Notes: generated by a model from the letters alone, not told the origin. DNA of 36,499 nt from Candidatus Thorarchaeota archaeon (GCA_048884785.1 JBHLQM010000031.1:1-36499), one strand, 5' to 3'; shown: positions 1-8,573, numbered from the stretch's first letter. Made by a program: numbers and translations.

Positions 1-140
1 GCCGAGGCCTGGATGAACCTTGCGAAGGGGCCAAGCAATCTGTGCTTCTTCCACCTTGAGCCTTCCTGCACTATCCAAAATATGAGAAATAGCACTATTA
101 TCAAAGTGAAGGGTACTAGGAATACTGTTAACCAGAACAT
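1..140 (-). CDS. Partial hypothetical membrane protein (N-terminus only; runs off the window edge; not in the ORF track)
   Basis: Reverse complement from ATG at 140 reads MFWLTVFLVPFTLIIVLFLIFWIVQEGSRWKKHRLLGPFARFIQAS with no stop to position 1. It has an N-terminal TM helix followed by a basic patch, and a GGAG SD-like motif upstream. Confidence 0.65.
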   Translation of the reverse strand, partial: MFWLTVFLVPFTLIIVLFLIFWIVQEGSRWKKHRLLGPFARFIQAS

Positions 141-283
141 AATCGGGTTTCTCCCTGTGCATTTAAGCGGAATCGAATGTCTTCAGCCTATAAAAGCTAC
201 GGTTGCAGTCATTCATAAGTTTGAAATCTAAATAGTCTTCAAATCGCGCAATAAAGCCCACTATGCTCGGGTGACATTGGAAA

Positions 284-631
284 ATGAGAATTATTTTGAG
301 TAGGTATCGCCTGGTTTTTCCGATAATAGGTTTGGCATTCTTTTACATTGGCAAAGTCCTACTGAGTCTTGCTTCTCTCCTGCCGCCAGAGTATGTGCTT
401 CTGGACATAGCTATGTGGTCGCTCCTATCCCTGATAGGATTAGCATTGAGGGACCGAGAGGTCATTATGGTTGGCTCAGCTTTGCTAATTCTGGGTTCGG
501 GGCCTCCTATTTACTTCCGTGCACTTTCTGCTTCGGCTTATGTAGGATTATCAATACTGGGTACGGCATTGATGATGATAGGTAACTTGTTTCAGATCTT
601 GACAATCATTGCCTGGTTCAAAGAGAAGTAG
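284..631 (+). CDS. Small hypothetical membrane protein (~4 TM)
   Basis: 115 aa, almost entirely hydrophobic segments. Converges on the TGT-like gene. Confidence 0.6.
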   Translation: MRIILSRYRLVFPIIGLAFFYIGKVLLSLASLLPPEYVLLDIAMWSLLSLIGLALRDREVIMVGSALLILGSGPPIYFRALSASAYVGLSILGTALMMIGNLFQILTIIAWFKEK

Positions 632-669
632 CCATGTGAATCTTCAAACGATGGCTCTTGTACTCTGCC

Positions 670-1770
670 TTAATTTCCATTTAGGAATTCGTAGGCAGTC
701 ATCCATTTTGCTTCCTGTTCCTCAGAGCGATTCTCAAAATCGCCTTTACGAATAGAATGGTCGGAGCTCCTTTCAACAGCAATCCGATTGTCACTCCTTT
801 CTCTCTTCCAAGTTCCCTGTCTACAAGAGTCAGCAACCTTTGCAGCTTCACTGATATTATGGATATAGAGCCCAATGAAGAACTCATCACTCTGAGTGTA
901 CATGTTTGGGTTCAGGGTTCTGCAACCTGGACATTCACACTCTTCAAAGAGAGCAAGGCGAACAGGTTTCGGGTCAACGCCACTGAGAAACCTACGTTTG
1001 GCTGTCAGATAGAGTAGCATCGAAGTATCGACACTATCCATTTTTGCTGTTTGGAGATAGAATGGCAAGAGACCTACATCAGGAAGGCCAAAAGTGTGCA
1101 GCCAGTATCCCTTTGTCAGCGTTCGGGAGTAAGAAATAACTCTCCTAAACAGTGCCTTGTTATATCTGTAGAGCGGGATTATCCCTCCGGCGGCAAACTT
1201 ACTGACACCCTGTGATCTATAGAAATCAAACAGGCGATTCAGGTTATCCTCTTTTATCCCCTGTAGGACTGCAATGACATCAGAGGCTTTAACGTGTTCC
1301 AGCAATTCCAAGAGGTTCTCTTCGATTATGTTGAGTTTGCTTCTTGCCACAACACTGCCGTCTGTTGGAAAAACGATCTCATCTGGAGCTACAAAAAAGT
1401 CTGCGCCGGAGAGGTCATATGCTTCGAAAATCTGGCTGTTGGATAGCTCTATCTGGATGTCTATCCCAAGCTCCCTCGCGAGACCAGCCTTCTTTGCTTC
1501 AAGCTCAAAGATGCCTGTATCAGCGATCATCGTATTCTCTTTTGGAAATCCAAGTTCTACGAGTGCTTCTTTGAGTGTGAGTCCTGAATTGATGACGGAA
1601 TCTAGCCACCAGTCAGAGCTTCTAAAGACATCAAAAGCCGTGAATAGTATGGTGCTAGTATATCGCCAATTGATGAGCGGACTCTCACGGAAAAAACTCA
1701 TAGAAGTAAAGTGATTCTTGGGTACTATTGCTGAGATATGGGGTGTCTTCTGTCTTCTAGCCCTCTTCAT
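670..1770 (-). CDS. tRNA-guanine transglycosylase (TGT/ArcTGT/DpdA) fold protein, catalytic domain only
   Basis: IADTGIF resembles DSGxF; also WLHTFG, MDSVDTS and the zinc site CECPGC...HN. Start moved to ATG 1770 (MKRARR), which follows GGGGAGG. Confidence 0.75.
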   Translation of the reverse strand: MKRARRQKTPHISAIVPKNHFTSMSFFRESPLINWRYTSTILFTAFDVFRSSDWWLDSVINSGLTLKEALVELGFPKENTMIADTGIFELEAKKAGLARELGIDIQIELSNSQIFEAYDLSGADFFVAPDEIVFPTDGSVVARSKLNIIEENLLELLEHVKASDVIAVLQGIKEDNLNRLFDFYRSQGVSKFAAGGIIPLYRYNKALFRRVISYSRTLTKGYWLHTFGLPDVGLLPFYLQTAKMDSVDTSMLLYLTAKRRFLSGVDPKPVRLALFEECECPGCRTLNPNMYTQSDEFFIGLYIHNISEAAKVADSCRQGTWKRERSDNRIAVERSSDHSIRKGDFENRSEEQEAKWMTAYEFLNGN

Positions 1771-1851
1771 TTGCCTCCCCTCGCCAACGAGCAAGTTCTT
1801 ACTCTGTCGGCATATTCTGTATTCGTTTCATGGGTATATAAACGACACAAA

Positions 1852-3525
1852 TCATCTGGCCTTGTACTCAAACTGCGACTCATATATTTCATTGAGCCGT
1901 TTCAGTGTTGTAGCATCAGAAGGTCCGAGATCTTCTCTTATTCGCGATATTCGTGCGAACCGAAGCGCAATGCCCGCGTCATATGTGGAGCTCTTCTGCA
2001 ACTCAGCGGCAACCACCTCAACAACAATTTCGGGTTTCACAAATACTATTCCTCTTGATGACTGAGTGGAGATCTCCTGAAGCCTGTGGGTCATTTCGGA
2101 CAGTTCCTTGTCGGTGAGACCCTTGTAGGTCTTCCCTATCATCACGAATTCACCCCGATCCTCATCCCATGCAGCCAGATGATAGTCCGAGAGCCAGTTT
2201 CTTCTCCTTCCATGACCCCACTCCGCAGCAATGACCACGAGGTCGAGCGTCTCCATTGTATGCTTGACCTTGAACCAGTATCTTCCTCGTTTTCCAGGGT
2301 AGTATGGGGAATTTGCCTTCTTGAGCATTACGCCCTCATGACCGAGCCTTTTACTATCATGAAATGCTTCTTCGATTTTTCTGAGGTCTCTGAAATCAAA
2401 CTGTTCAGCAATTAGCTCTGACGGTGATATTCCTTCTAGGATTCTTCTTCGATGCTCAAGAGGTTGATCGAGAAGCGATGAATTATCCAGCAATAGCACA
2501 TCGAAGAGATGAAGTCGAAGCTGAATTTCTTCAACGGCAGCATCCACATCTGTAGAGCGGCCGAATCTCTTCATGACTATCTGAAAAGGGTACGGGCTTC
2601 CTTGGGAATCAACCGCTACAATTTCGCCATCAAGTATCGCGGTATTGGCGGCTATCTTTTCTTCAATTAGCTTTACAATATCAGGCATGCTTTGAGTGAC
2701 ATCCTGAAGTCTTCTCGAGAAGATTTTCACACCATCCGTGCCTTTATGAATCTGAACGCGAGCCCCATCATATTTGAACTCGCATAGATAGATTTCCTTG
2801 AAATCACCAACTACATCTTCAATGGAATCTGAGGGGGTTGCCAGCATTGGTTTTACAGGAGTGTACAATTCCATCCTGATATCCTTAATGCCTGGTTCAC
2901 CCTGAGATGCTGCTATCTCTGCAACCTTTCCGAGATCTCCAGTCACACTCCACGCTCTTCTTATCAACTCGGCATCAATTGCATATGCCTTTGACACCCC
3001 ATCAGCAACAATTGCATCTGAAACTCCAGTTCGGGTGTCCCCCAAAATCAGTGCAACTACATAGCGTAGCTCCTTGGGGGTTGCATCTTGCAAGATACGC
3101 ACAAGAATAGATTCACGAGTTGTTTTTGACCCCTTGCCTTCTGCTTCAGCTATTTGCTTGATGGCTGATGAGACTGAATTCAAGGTAAGGGGTTCCGTCA
3201 AGAGGCTTTGCTGTCTAGAGAATCGTCCAGAGAGCATCATGGACTCAATCGCTTCTCCGGCATCTCCTTTGTAGAACTCGCCTATCTCGTGGTCTTCAAA
3301 GGCTATGACCCTCTTGAGAGCACTTATGATTCCAGCCCAAGAAGTGTTCGTAGTTCTTTGATCACTCTCAGAGAACACCCTTCCTGCCAATGCAAGAGTA
3401 CCAAAATGCACTTCATTGAGATTTAGTTCTCTCAAGAACGAGCTGATAATCTCAATCTTTTCATTCCTTTTTGTCGTGGCTGCAATCGCATCGAGCGTGT
3501 ATGCAAGTTTAGAGAATTCCGTCAT
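1852..3525 (-). CDS. lig: ATP-dependent DNA ligase (archaeal type)
   Basis: Motif I EFKYDGARVQIH, ILDGEIV, FDVL, EGVMLK, WFKVK, and ALRFARISRIRED. 557 aa including the N-terminal DNA-binding domain. Confidence 0.97.
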   Translation of the reverse strand: MTEFSKLAYTLDAIAATTKRNEKIEIISSFLRELNLNEVHFGTLALAGRVFSESDQRTTNTSWAGIISALKRVIAFEDHEIGEFYKGDAGEAIESMMLSGRFSRQQSLLTEPLTLNSVSSAIKQIAEAEGKGSKTTRESILVRILQDATPKELRYVVALILGDTRTGVSDAIVADGVSKAYAIDAELIRRAWSVTGDLGKVAEIAASQGEPGIKDIRMELYTPVKPMLATPSDSIEDVVGDFKEIYLCEFKYDGARVQIHKGTDGVKIFSRRLQDVTQSMPDIVKLIEEKIAANTAILDGEIVAVDSQGSPYPFQIVMKRFGRSTDVDAAVEEIQLRLHLFDVLLLDNSSLLDQPLEHRRRILEGISPSELIAEQFDFRDLRKIEEAFHDSKRLGHEGVMLKKANSPYYPGKRGRYWFKVKHTMETLDLVVIAAEWGHGRRRNWLSDYHLAAWDEDRGEFVMIGKTYKGLTDKELSEMTHRLQEISTQSSRGIVFVKPEIVVEVVAAELQKSSTYDAGIALRFARISRIREDLGPSDATTLKRLNEIYESQFEYKAR

Positions 3526-3637
3526 CTTTGAAACAGTATGGCTTTGCCCCTTACATTTCTATCGAAAAACAATGGAATGATGTCTAGAAAGTTACATCTA
3601 TATTGCGTCCTGCGCATGCTGAATGTGGTTGATAGTG

Positions 3638-4219
3638 ATGGGCAGTCCATGGCTGAGTAAGAAAGCGTTCCTATATTTTGGAGGAGCTTTTGTGCTTCTT
3701 CTTGGTGGTGCCATTGTGATAATGGCGCCTTATCATTATACAGGATATGTAGCACTGCCTGGGGAGGTGGATGCATTCGAAATTTGGGGTTCATCCGGAT
3801 ATTATCCTCAACTTGAAATTGCTATCACAGTTTCTCCAGATACGGGAAACACCACGGTCTTTGTAGACATTCGAGTACAAAATAATGAAACACTTGAGTT
3901 AGACATAGTCAACATGACGCTCTCGTCTTTGGATGCAATCCCAGACACGAATCCCATCAAGTTTGAGAAGCGTGAGGTACTTGATCTTGATGTAGGCAAC
4001 TACACAATCTATGTTGATAATATTCAGGGTGCTGCAGACGTTGATATTTCCTTTACTCAAATCAGTGACTCAAGGCTTTACATTGTGACAGGTGGAGTTA
4101 TGAATATCATTGGGCTCATCATGGGTGCAACTGGTTATTGTATAGGAGGCACGTTGATCCCATCGGGAGAAGAGACCATTGTTGAATGGGGATTTGACGA
4201 TCGACAGCATCCAAAATGA
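3638..4219 (+). CDS. Hypothetical membrane protein (two TM helices flanking a beta-rich extracytoplasmic domain)
   Basis: N-terminal TM (FLYFGGAFVLLLGGAIVIM), C-terminal TM (LYIVTGGVMNIIGLIMG), and several N-x-S/T sequons (NTT, NET, NMT, NYT) in the loop. Start at 3638 or 3623. Confidence 0.75.
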   Translation: MGSPWLSKKAFLYFGGAFVLLLGGAIVIMAPYHYTGYVALPGEVDAFEIWGSSGYYPQLEIAITVSPDTGNTTVFVDIRVQNNETLELDIVNMTLSSLDAIPDTNPIKFEKREVLDLDVGNYTIYVDNIQGAADVDISFTQISDSRLYIVTGGVMNIIGLIMGATGYCIGGTLIPSGEETIVEWGFDDRQHPK

Positions 4220-4287
4220 GAATCGATATATGCTACGTTGAAATCCTATATGAATAGAATTCTTTGTTTTGCAATCATTAGCGTATA

Positions 4288-4311
4288 CTTAATTATGTAG
4301 ACATGATTAAG
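4288..4311. promoter_or_regulatory. Imperfect palindrome, candidate operator upstream of the HTH gene
   Basis: CTTAATTATGT-AG-ACATGATTAAG: 11-bp arms with one mismatch, in an AT-rich intergenic region ~50 bp upstream of ATG 4363. Confidence 0.45.
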
Positions 4312-4362
4312 CTAGCATAATAATGTATATATGACTGGATGCTGCTATAAAGATCGGTCATC

Positions 4363-4641
4363 ATGTCTATCATTACACATAGCCGAATTGGCATATCCGA
4401 TGTATTGGGGGATGTTCTAAAGGAGTTGGCAAAAGGTATCCCGCTGACAATAGCAGAGCTATCTCGGAGAGTTGGAGCTGACCGACGCACAATTACAAAG
4501 GTCTTGGAGATGATAAATCAAATTCAAGACAGTCTCGAAGGAAGACAGATGGTCAAAATTGAACGTGGTAATAGCAAAATCTATCGATTTATCGAAGACA
4601 AAGCCAGGAAAGCTGTTTCTAAAGCAAAGAGTATCATATGA
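4363..4641 (+). CDS. Small winged-HTH transcriptional regulator
   Basis: PLTIAELSRRVGADRRTITKVLE helix-turn-helix, followed by a wing hairpin (VKIERGNSKIYRF). Confidence 0.75.
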   Translation: MSIITHSRIGISDVLGDVLKELAKGIPLTIAELSRRVGADRRTITKVLEMINQIQDSLEGRQMVKIERGNSKIYRFIEDKARKAVSKAKSII

Positions 4642-4655
4642 GGGAGTGAGTCACC

Positions 4656-5186
4656 ACGTCACGACGCAATGGTCTTATTATTTCATCTGTATTCATAGCC
4701 CTAGGAAGTTTGACTACTACAGTCCTTTGGCATCTTTATGGATGGATTGTGTTGATTCAAGTTTTTTCAATTCTGACAATTGGAACGTTTGGAGAGCATT
4801 TTGTTTCGAGCCAAGGTTACTATCATTATACGCGGATAAACGGTATCTTCCTGGGCAAGGTAGCGTTTTGGATTCCTTTCATGTGGCTCTTCGCTATCCA
4901 AGGATTATTCCTTATAGGCATCTTGCTTGGTTTTAATGGCGCCAATAGCAGTATCCTTGCTGGTATCATGGGTGCTGTTATCGATTTATCATTGATTGAG
5001 CCGTACTGTTCCAGGAAAAAGTCTCTTTGGATTTGGAATCCGGTCCGGAATGGATATTTCCGCTTCGTTCCGCAGAGAATTAATCGATTCACAGCCCCTA
5101 CTGGTAATTATATCGTATGGACCCTGTTCCCCATTTTAATGGGACTACTGATAATAGTCCCTAGTGTGTTGTTTCAGATATCCTAG
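4656..5186 (+). CDS. Membrane protein, possibly CruF/DUF422 (carotenoid hydratase-like) family; start uncertain (ACG 4656 or TTG 4710)
   Basis: Motifs GEHF...GYYHY, G.V..WIPFMW, IDLSLIEP...LWIW and APTGNYIVW resemble DUF422. The frame stays open upstream of 4710 with another TM-like stretch. Confidence 0.55.
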   Translation, partial: TSRRNGLIISSVFIALGSLTTTVLWHLYGWIVLIQVFSILTIGTFGEHFVSSQGYYHYTRINGIFLGKVAFWIPFMWLFAIQGLFLIGILLGFNGANSSILAGIMGAVIDLSLIEPYCSRKKSLWIWNPVRNGYFRFVPQRINRFTAPTGNYIVWTLFPILMGLLIIVPSVLFQIS

Positions 5187-5261
5187 TAAGTGTTACAGAG
5201 GAATTGATGTGGGTTGTACACAGGCTCTTGAGTGAATTTGATACTTTTTCTGCGAGGAGCA

Positions 5262-5495
5262 ATGACAGACAAAGAATCAAATTGGCTACTAAAGGACAAG
5301 ATAGTTACCGATTTTCGCGGCTATCCTATCGGACGTGTGAAGAAACTCTGGTACGATACAGCTAGAGGTCCTTTGGTTGTGATTGAACGAAATCAGTCTG
5401 CGAATATGAAATCTCGATGGGAGGCAATACCTCTCCAGTCGATCCATACTGTTACGGATGAGGTGCGATTAAAGCCACCAACATTTGCTGAATAG
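5262..5495 (+). CDS. PRC-barrel domain protein
   Basis: KIVTDFRGYPIGRVKKLWYD...AIPLQSIHTVTDEVRLK fits the PRC-barrel pattern. ATG 5262 follows GAGGAG. Confidence 0.75.
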   Translation: MTDKESNWLLKDKIVTDFRGYPIGRVKKLWYDTARGPLVVIERNQSANMKSRWEAIPLQSIHTVTDEVRLKPPTFAE

Positions 5496-5536
5496 CAGCG
5501 GTTTCGTAGTAGGCAATGTATTTGGAGAGGCCCCTG

Positions 5537-5875
5537 ATGCAATCAAAATCCATCCTTTCATCCAAAAAGCGGGTAATTCTCACAGAGGGGGTAGAGTGTG
5601 AATCCTCTCCCCTGAAGATTCAAGTTTATACAAGTGCTCGGAATAGGTACTCAGGTTTGGCAGTTGAACAAGTCATGTTTATCGCCAAGAAACTCCAGAG
5701 TAGATATGATCTCAAAGTTGTAGAGTCTTCAGTTGATGATAATCCCTCTCTCATGGAAAGAAGCGGGATTATCGCTCTTCCGTTAACAGTTATTGGAAAT
5801 TACTCATTTGTAGGTATTCCGGATTGCAGAGACTTGGAAAGAATCATCCATCATATGCACGGATCGTATGCTTGA
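5537..5875 (+). CDS. Thioredoxin-fold protein lacking CxxC, KaiB-like
   Basis: KIQVYTSARNRYSGLA...YDLKVV...DDNPSLMERSGIIALP. ATG 5537 follows GGAGAGG (the track start is 5516). Confidence 0.6.
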   Translation: MQSKSILSSKKRVILTEGVECESSPLKIQVYTSARNRYSGLAVEQVMFIAKKLQSRYDLKVVESSVDDNPSLMERSGIIALPLTVIGNYSFVGIPDCRDLERIIHHMHGSYA

Positions 5876-5876
5876 T

Positions 5877-6635
5877 TTATCCTGTGAATCCTACACCAAG
5901 GATAAAGTATGCATTCTCTTTTGTAATCAGTCTCTGCTGTTCGTAATTTAGGTTGACCATATTCAGGGCAGCCTGAATGTGAGCATAGTCAGTATGATGA
6001 CCAGATCCAAACACCAGTTTTCGAACACCCACATCCTGTCCAAGCGCATCTAGGTACACTTTCAAGGGAGATTCAACCAGTTTTATCAGAGTGTAGGACG
6101 TTTCAAGCCAAACGTTTTGTCTTGACAGGAGCGGAATCACATTTGGAAAGCTAAACAGACCGCCCATATGTAGAATCACAAATCTTCCATCCGGATGAAT
6201 GAGTGATGATCTATCAACGAAACGCAGGCTGTCTCCTCTGAGCTCTCTGTTTCTAAAGTAAACAGCGATATCCTCTTGGACTGCGGCACGCACTAATGCA
6301 TCGGCCGCAGGGTCTCCTGGATGATAGAGCGTTTCATCCATTACCAAGGATATGCAGCCTTCGTTGATGTAATGCTTGAGTGCATCCCTCGCCTCGTCAA
6401 TAGGTCGGGGATAGAGGATGCAAGAGCTGTATAATCTATCGGGATAAATTGATGCGGCTTTCAAGTATAGCTCATTGCCATCATAGGGACTACTAGGAAC
6501 CAGTACTGCACGATTGATTCCAAAAGTATTCATTCTATCAACTAGCAGATCAGTGTGTTCTGCAAGAGACCTACTATCTACTTCATGAATGGTCATCCTA
6601 TTCATGCCGAGCTGGGTATGGATGTCAGTTGTCAT
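5877..6635 (-). CDS. Amidohydrolase-2 family protein with degenerate metal/catalytic motifs
   Basis: TDIHTQ, GINRAVL, FVILHMGG, NVWLETS, KLVFGS and ENA..IL follow the family order. Likely start is ATG 6635 (MTTDIH). Confidence 0.8.
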   Translation of the reverse strand: MTTDIHTQLGMNRMTIHEVDSRSLAEHTDLLVDRMNTFGINRAVLVPSSPYDGNELYLKAASIYPDRLYSSCILYPRPIDEARDALKHYINEGCISLVMDETLYHPGDPAADALVRAAVQEDIAVYFRNRELRGDSLRFVDRSSLIHPDGRFVILHMGGLFSFPNVIPLLSRQNVWLETSYTLIKLVESPLKVYLDALGQDVGVRKLVFGSGHHTDYAHIQAALNMVNLNYEQQRLITKENAYFILGVGFTG

Positions 6636-6701
6636 TAGGATAGTCACTTTTCCTATGCAGGAATGGCTTTTCTTTCTTTGTCGTGTCAACAATAGCTCTT
6701 T

Positions 6702-7355
6702 ATGCTTGATGTGGAAGAAAAGAATGGTTTTACATTGTCAAAAAGAGAGAAGCGCATTGACCTCTTCGAGAATCTAAAGACGATTGCGCGTGAAATTAAT
6801 CGGGATCGATTTATGCTAATGGAATTCCTAGGTCCAGTAGTTGATGGTTGCAGGGCGGCATTAAATGTTAGTATTGACAAGGCAGAGGCACTTAGCAAAC
6901 TTACTGAAGATGATATTGATTCCTATATGGATAGAACGGAACAATCATTTCATGAACTCACCATTTGCTTTCATACCAAAGATATGGATGATGTTTATTC
7001 TCTCGTCTTTGACTCTGGTGAAGCATATGCCTACGATGAGTGTGTAGAAGCGGATGTTGTCATTGAAGCGGAGGAACCCATTCTTTGTAGTCTCTTTGAT
7101 GCTGATTCTGATATCTCTCCAGTCGATGGATTGGGTGTTCAATACCAAATATCTGGAAATGACTCAGGGAATATAATTGAAGCCCTTGGAGTACTGTGCT
7201 ATGCTCCACTACTGCGAGTAGCCAGATCTGGTGTTGATCCATCATCACTTCTCTCAGAGAATGCGGATTCAATAATTCTTGCTGCAGCATCTGACCTAGT
7301 TACCAAATTAATCAAGCGTTGGATTGATTCTGTAATGACTGGTTCAAAAGCCTAA
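6702..7355 (+). CDS. Acidic hypothetical protein with a central SCP2 (sterol-carrier/lipid-binding)-like domain
   Basis: VYSLVFDSGEAY...EADVVIEAEEPILCSLFD...SPVDGLGVQYQISGN resembles the SCP2 consensus (ADvti...l..l...ldP......l.i.Gd). Confidence 0.55.
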   Translation: MLDVEEKNGFTLSKREKRIDLFENLKTIAREINRDRFMLMEFLGPVVDGCRAALNVSIDKAEALSKLTEDDIDSYMDRTEQSFHELTICFHTKDMDDVYSLVFDSGEAYAYDECVEADVVIEAEEPILCSLFDADSDISPVDGLGVQYQISGNDSGNIIEALGVLCYAPLLRVARSGVDPSSLLSENADSIILAAASDLVTKLIKRWIDSVMTGSKA

Positions 7356-8497
7356 AGGCCATGATATGGGAATATAATTTCTTTTACTCGTCGAATCACC
7401 CTATCAAGATTGAGCTTCACCTGCTCTCTCGGAACATATTGTTGGGCCACTTCTGTGACGTCACGCATACCCTCAGGAAAGCTTCTATAACCCATGCCAA
7501 GGCATTTTTGCTTGAATTCCTCGGGGAATTCTTGTGGAACCTTTTCATCAAGCATCAAAGCCAAAAACAGTGTCCATAGTCGTGCAACGTTTACTGGATG
7601 ATACCCTCCGCCACCCACGGCAAGCCAACCAATACTACAGATATCAGAAACCATGGATTGAACCTTCTTTAGAAACACCTCATATCCATGAGTTGTATAT
7701 GTAAGGTGTGCAAGAGGGTCCAAATAGTGTCCATCAACACCAAGTTGTGTTACAAGAATATCAGGATTATATGCTTCAAAGAGGGGTACTATGATTTCAT
7801 TGAGTACCTCGATTAATTCCTCTGAGGAAGCACCTGGCAGGACAGGAATATTGACTGAATATCCTATTCCATCTGCCCCGCCGGATTCATGAACAAAACC
7901 CGTACCAGGAAACAGTGTTTCGCCAGTCTGATGCATTGATATTGTTAGTACATCCTTTGATCTGTAGAATGCATTCTGGACGCCATCTCCGTGGTGGGCG
8001 TCAATATCCAAGTATAGCGCCTTGCACTGTTTCTTCTTTTGGAGATGCATCAGTGCCAAGACAACATCATTAAAGATACAGAATCCGGAAGCTTCGGTTT
8101 TCTGAGCATGATGAAGGCCTCCTGAAATGGCGAAGGCGTGTGATGCCCCATTCTCTATTCGCTTCATTGCATCAAGCGTTGCGCCGACATATCTGGCTGC
8201 TGCATCATATATTCCAGGAAATATTGGATTATCAGGAGTTCCTAGGCCACGACGGTAGTCGGGTATACCGCTATCTCCTGCACGAATAACTGCATCAATA
8301 TATTCAGCAGGATGATACATTTCGATTTCTTCTCTTGTAGCTACTGTTGTATCGATAACATCAACTTTTTCCAGTAGTCCAAGCTCCTCTGATAGAGCGT
8401 AGGTTAGTAATAGTCTGTCAGGTTTTAGAGGATGATCCGTCTTGAACTCATACTGCAGAAGAGCATCACTATAAGGATAAACCAGCTTGTCTTTCAT
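7352..8497 (-). CDS. acuC: Zn-dependent histone deacetylase family / AcuC-like protein lysine deacetylase
   Basis: HPLKPDR, GGLHHA, ASGFCIFND, YLDIDAHHGDGVQ, LFPGTG, GVDGHYLDPLAHL and GGGGY. Confidence 0.93.
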   Translation of the reverse strand: MKDKLVYPYSDALLQYEFKTDHPLKPDRLLLTYALSEELGLLEKVDVIDTTVATREEIEMYHPAEYIDAVIRAGDSGIPDYRRGLGTPDNPIFPGIYDAAARYVGATLDAMKRIENGASHAFAISGGLHHAQKTEASGFCIFNDVVLALMHLQKKKQCKALYLDIDAHHGDGVQNAFYRSKDVLTISMHQTGETLFPGTGFVHESGGADGIGYSVNIPVLPGASSEELIEVLNEIIVPLFEAYNPDILVTQLGVDGHYLDPLAHLTYTTHGYEVFLKKVQSMVSDICSIGWLAVGGGGYHPVNVARLWTLFLALMLDEKVPQEFPEEFKQKCLGMGYRSFPEGMRDVTEVAQQYVPREQVKLNLDRVIRRVKEIIFPYHGL

Positions 8498-8573
8498 ATC
8501 CAGCCCATCAGCTCCCTCGTTCTGTTATGTCGGCGATATTTATGCTTAGGGAATTTATGAAAATAAGAGAAAT

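Noticed and set aside
13-231. 72-aa + strand ORF
   Set aside because: It overlaps a more convincing minus-strand membrane-protein start (ATG 140 with SD) and has no motif.
4638-4649. ATG-AGG-GAG-TGA in frame with the downstream membrane gene, as possible selenocysteine readthrough
   Set aside because: The TGA is at codon 4 with no redox context and I recognise no SECIS. The sequence is better explained as the SD for a start at 4656.
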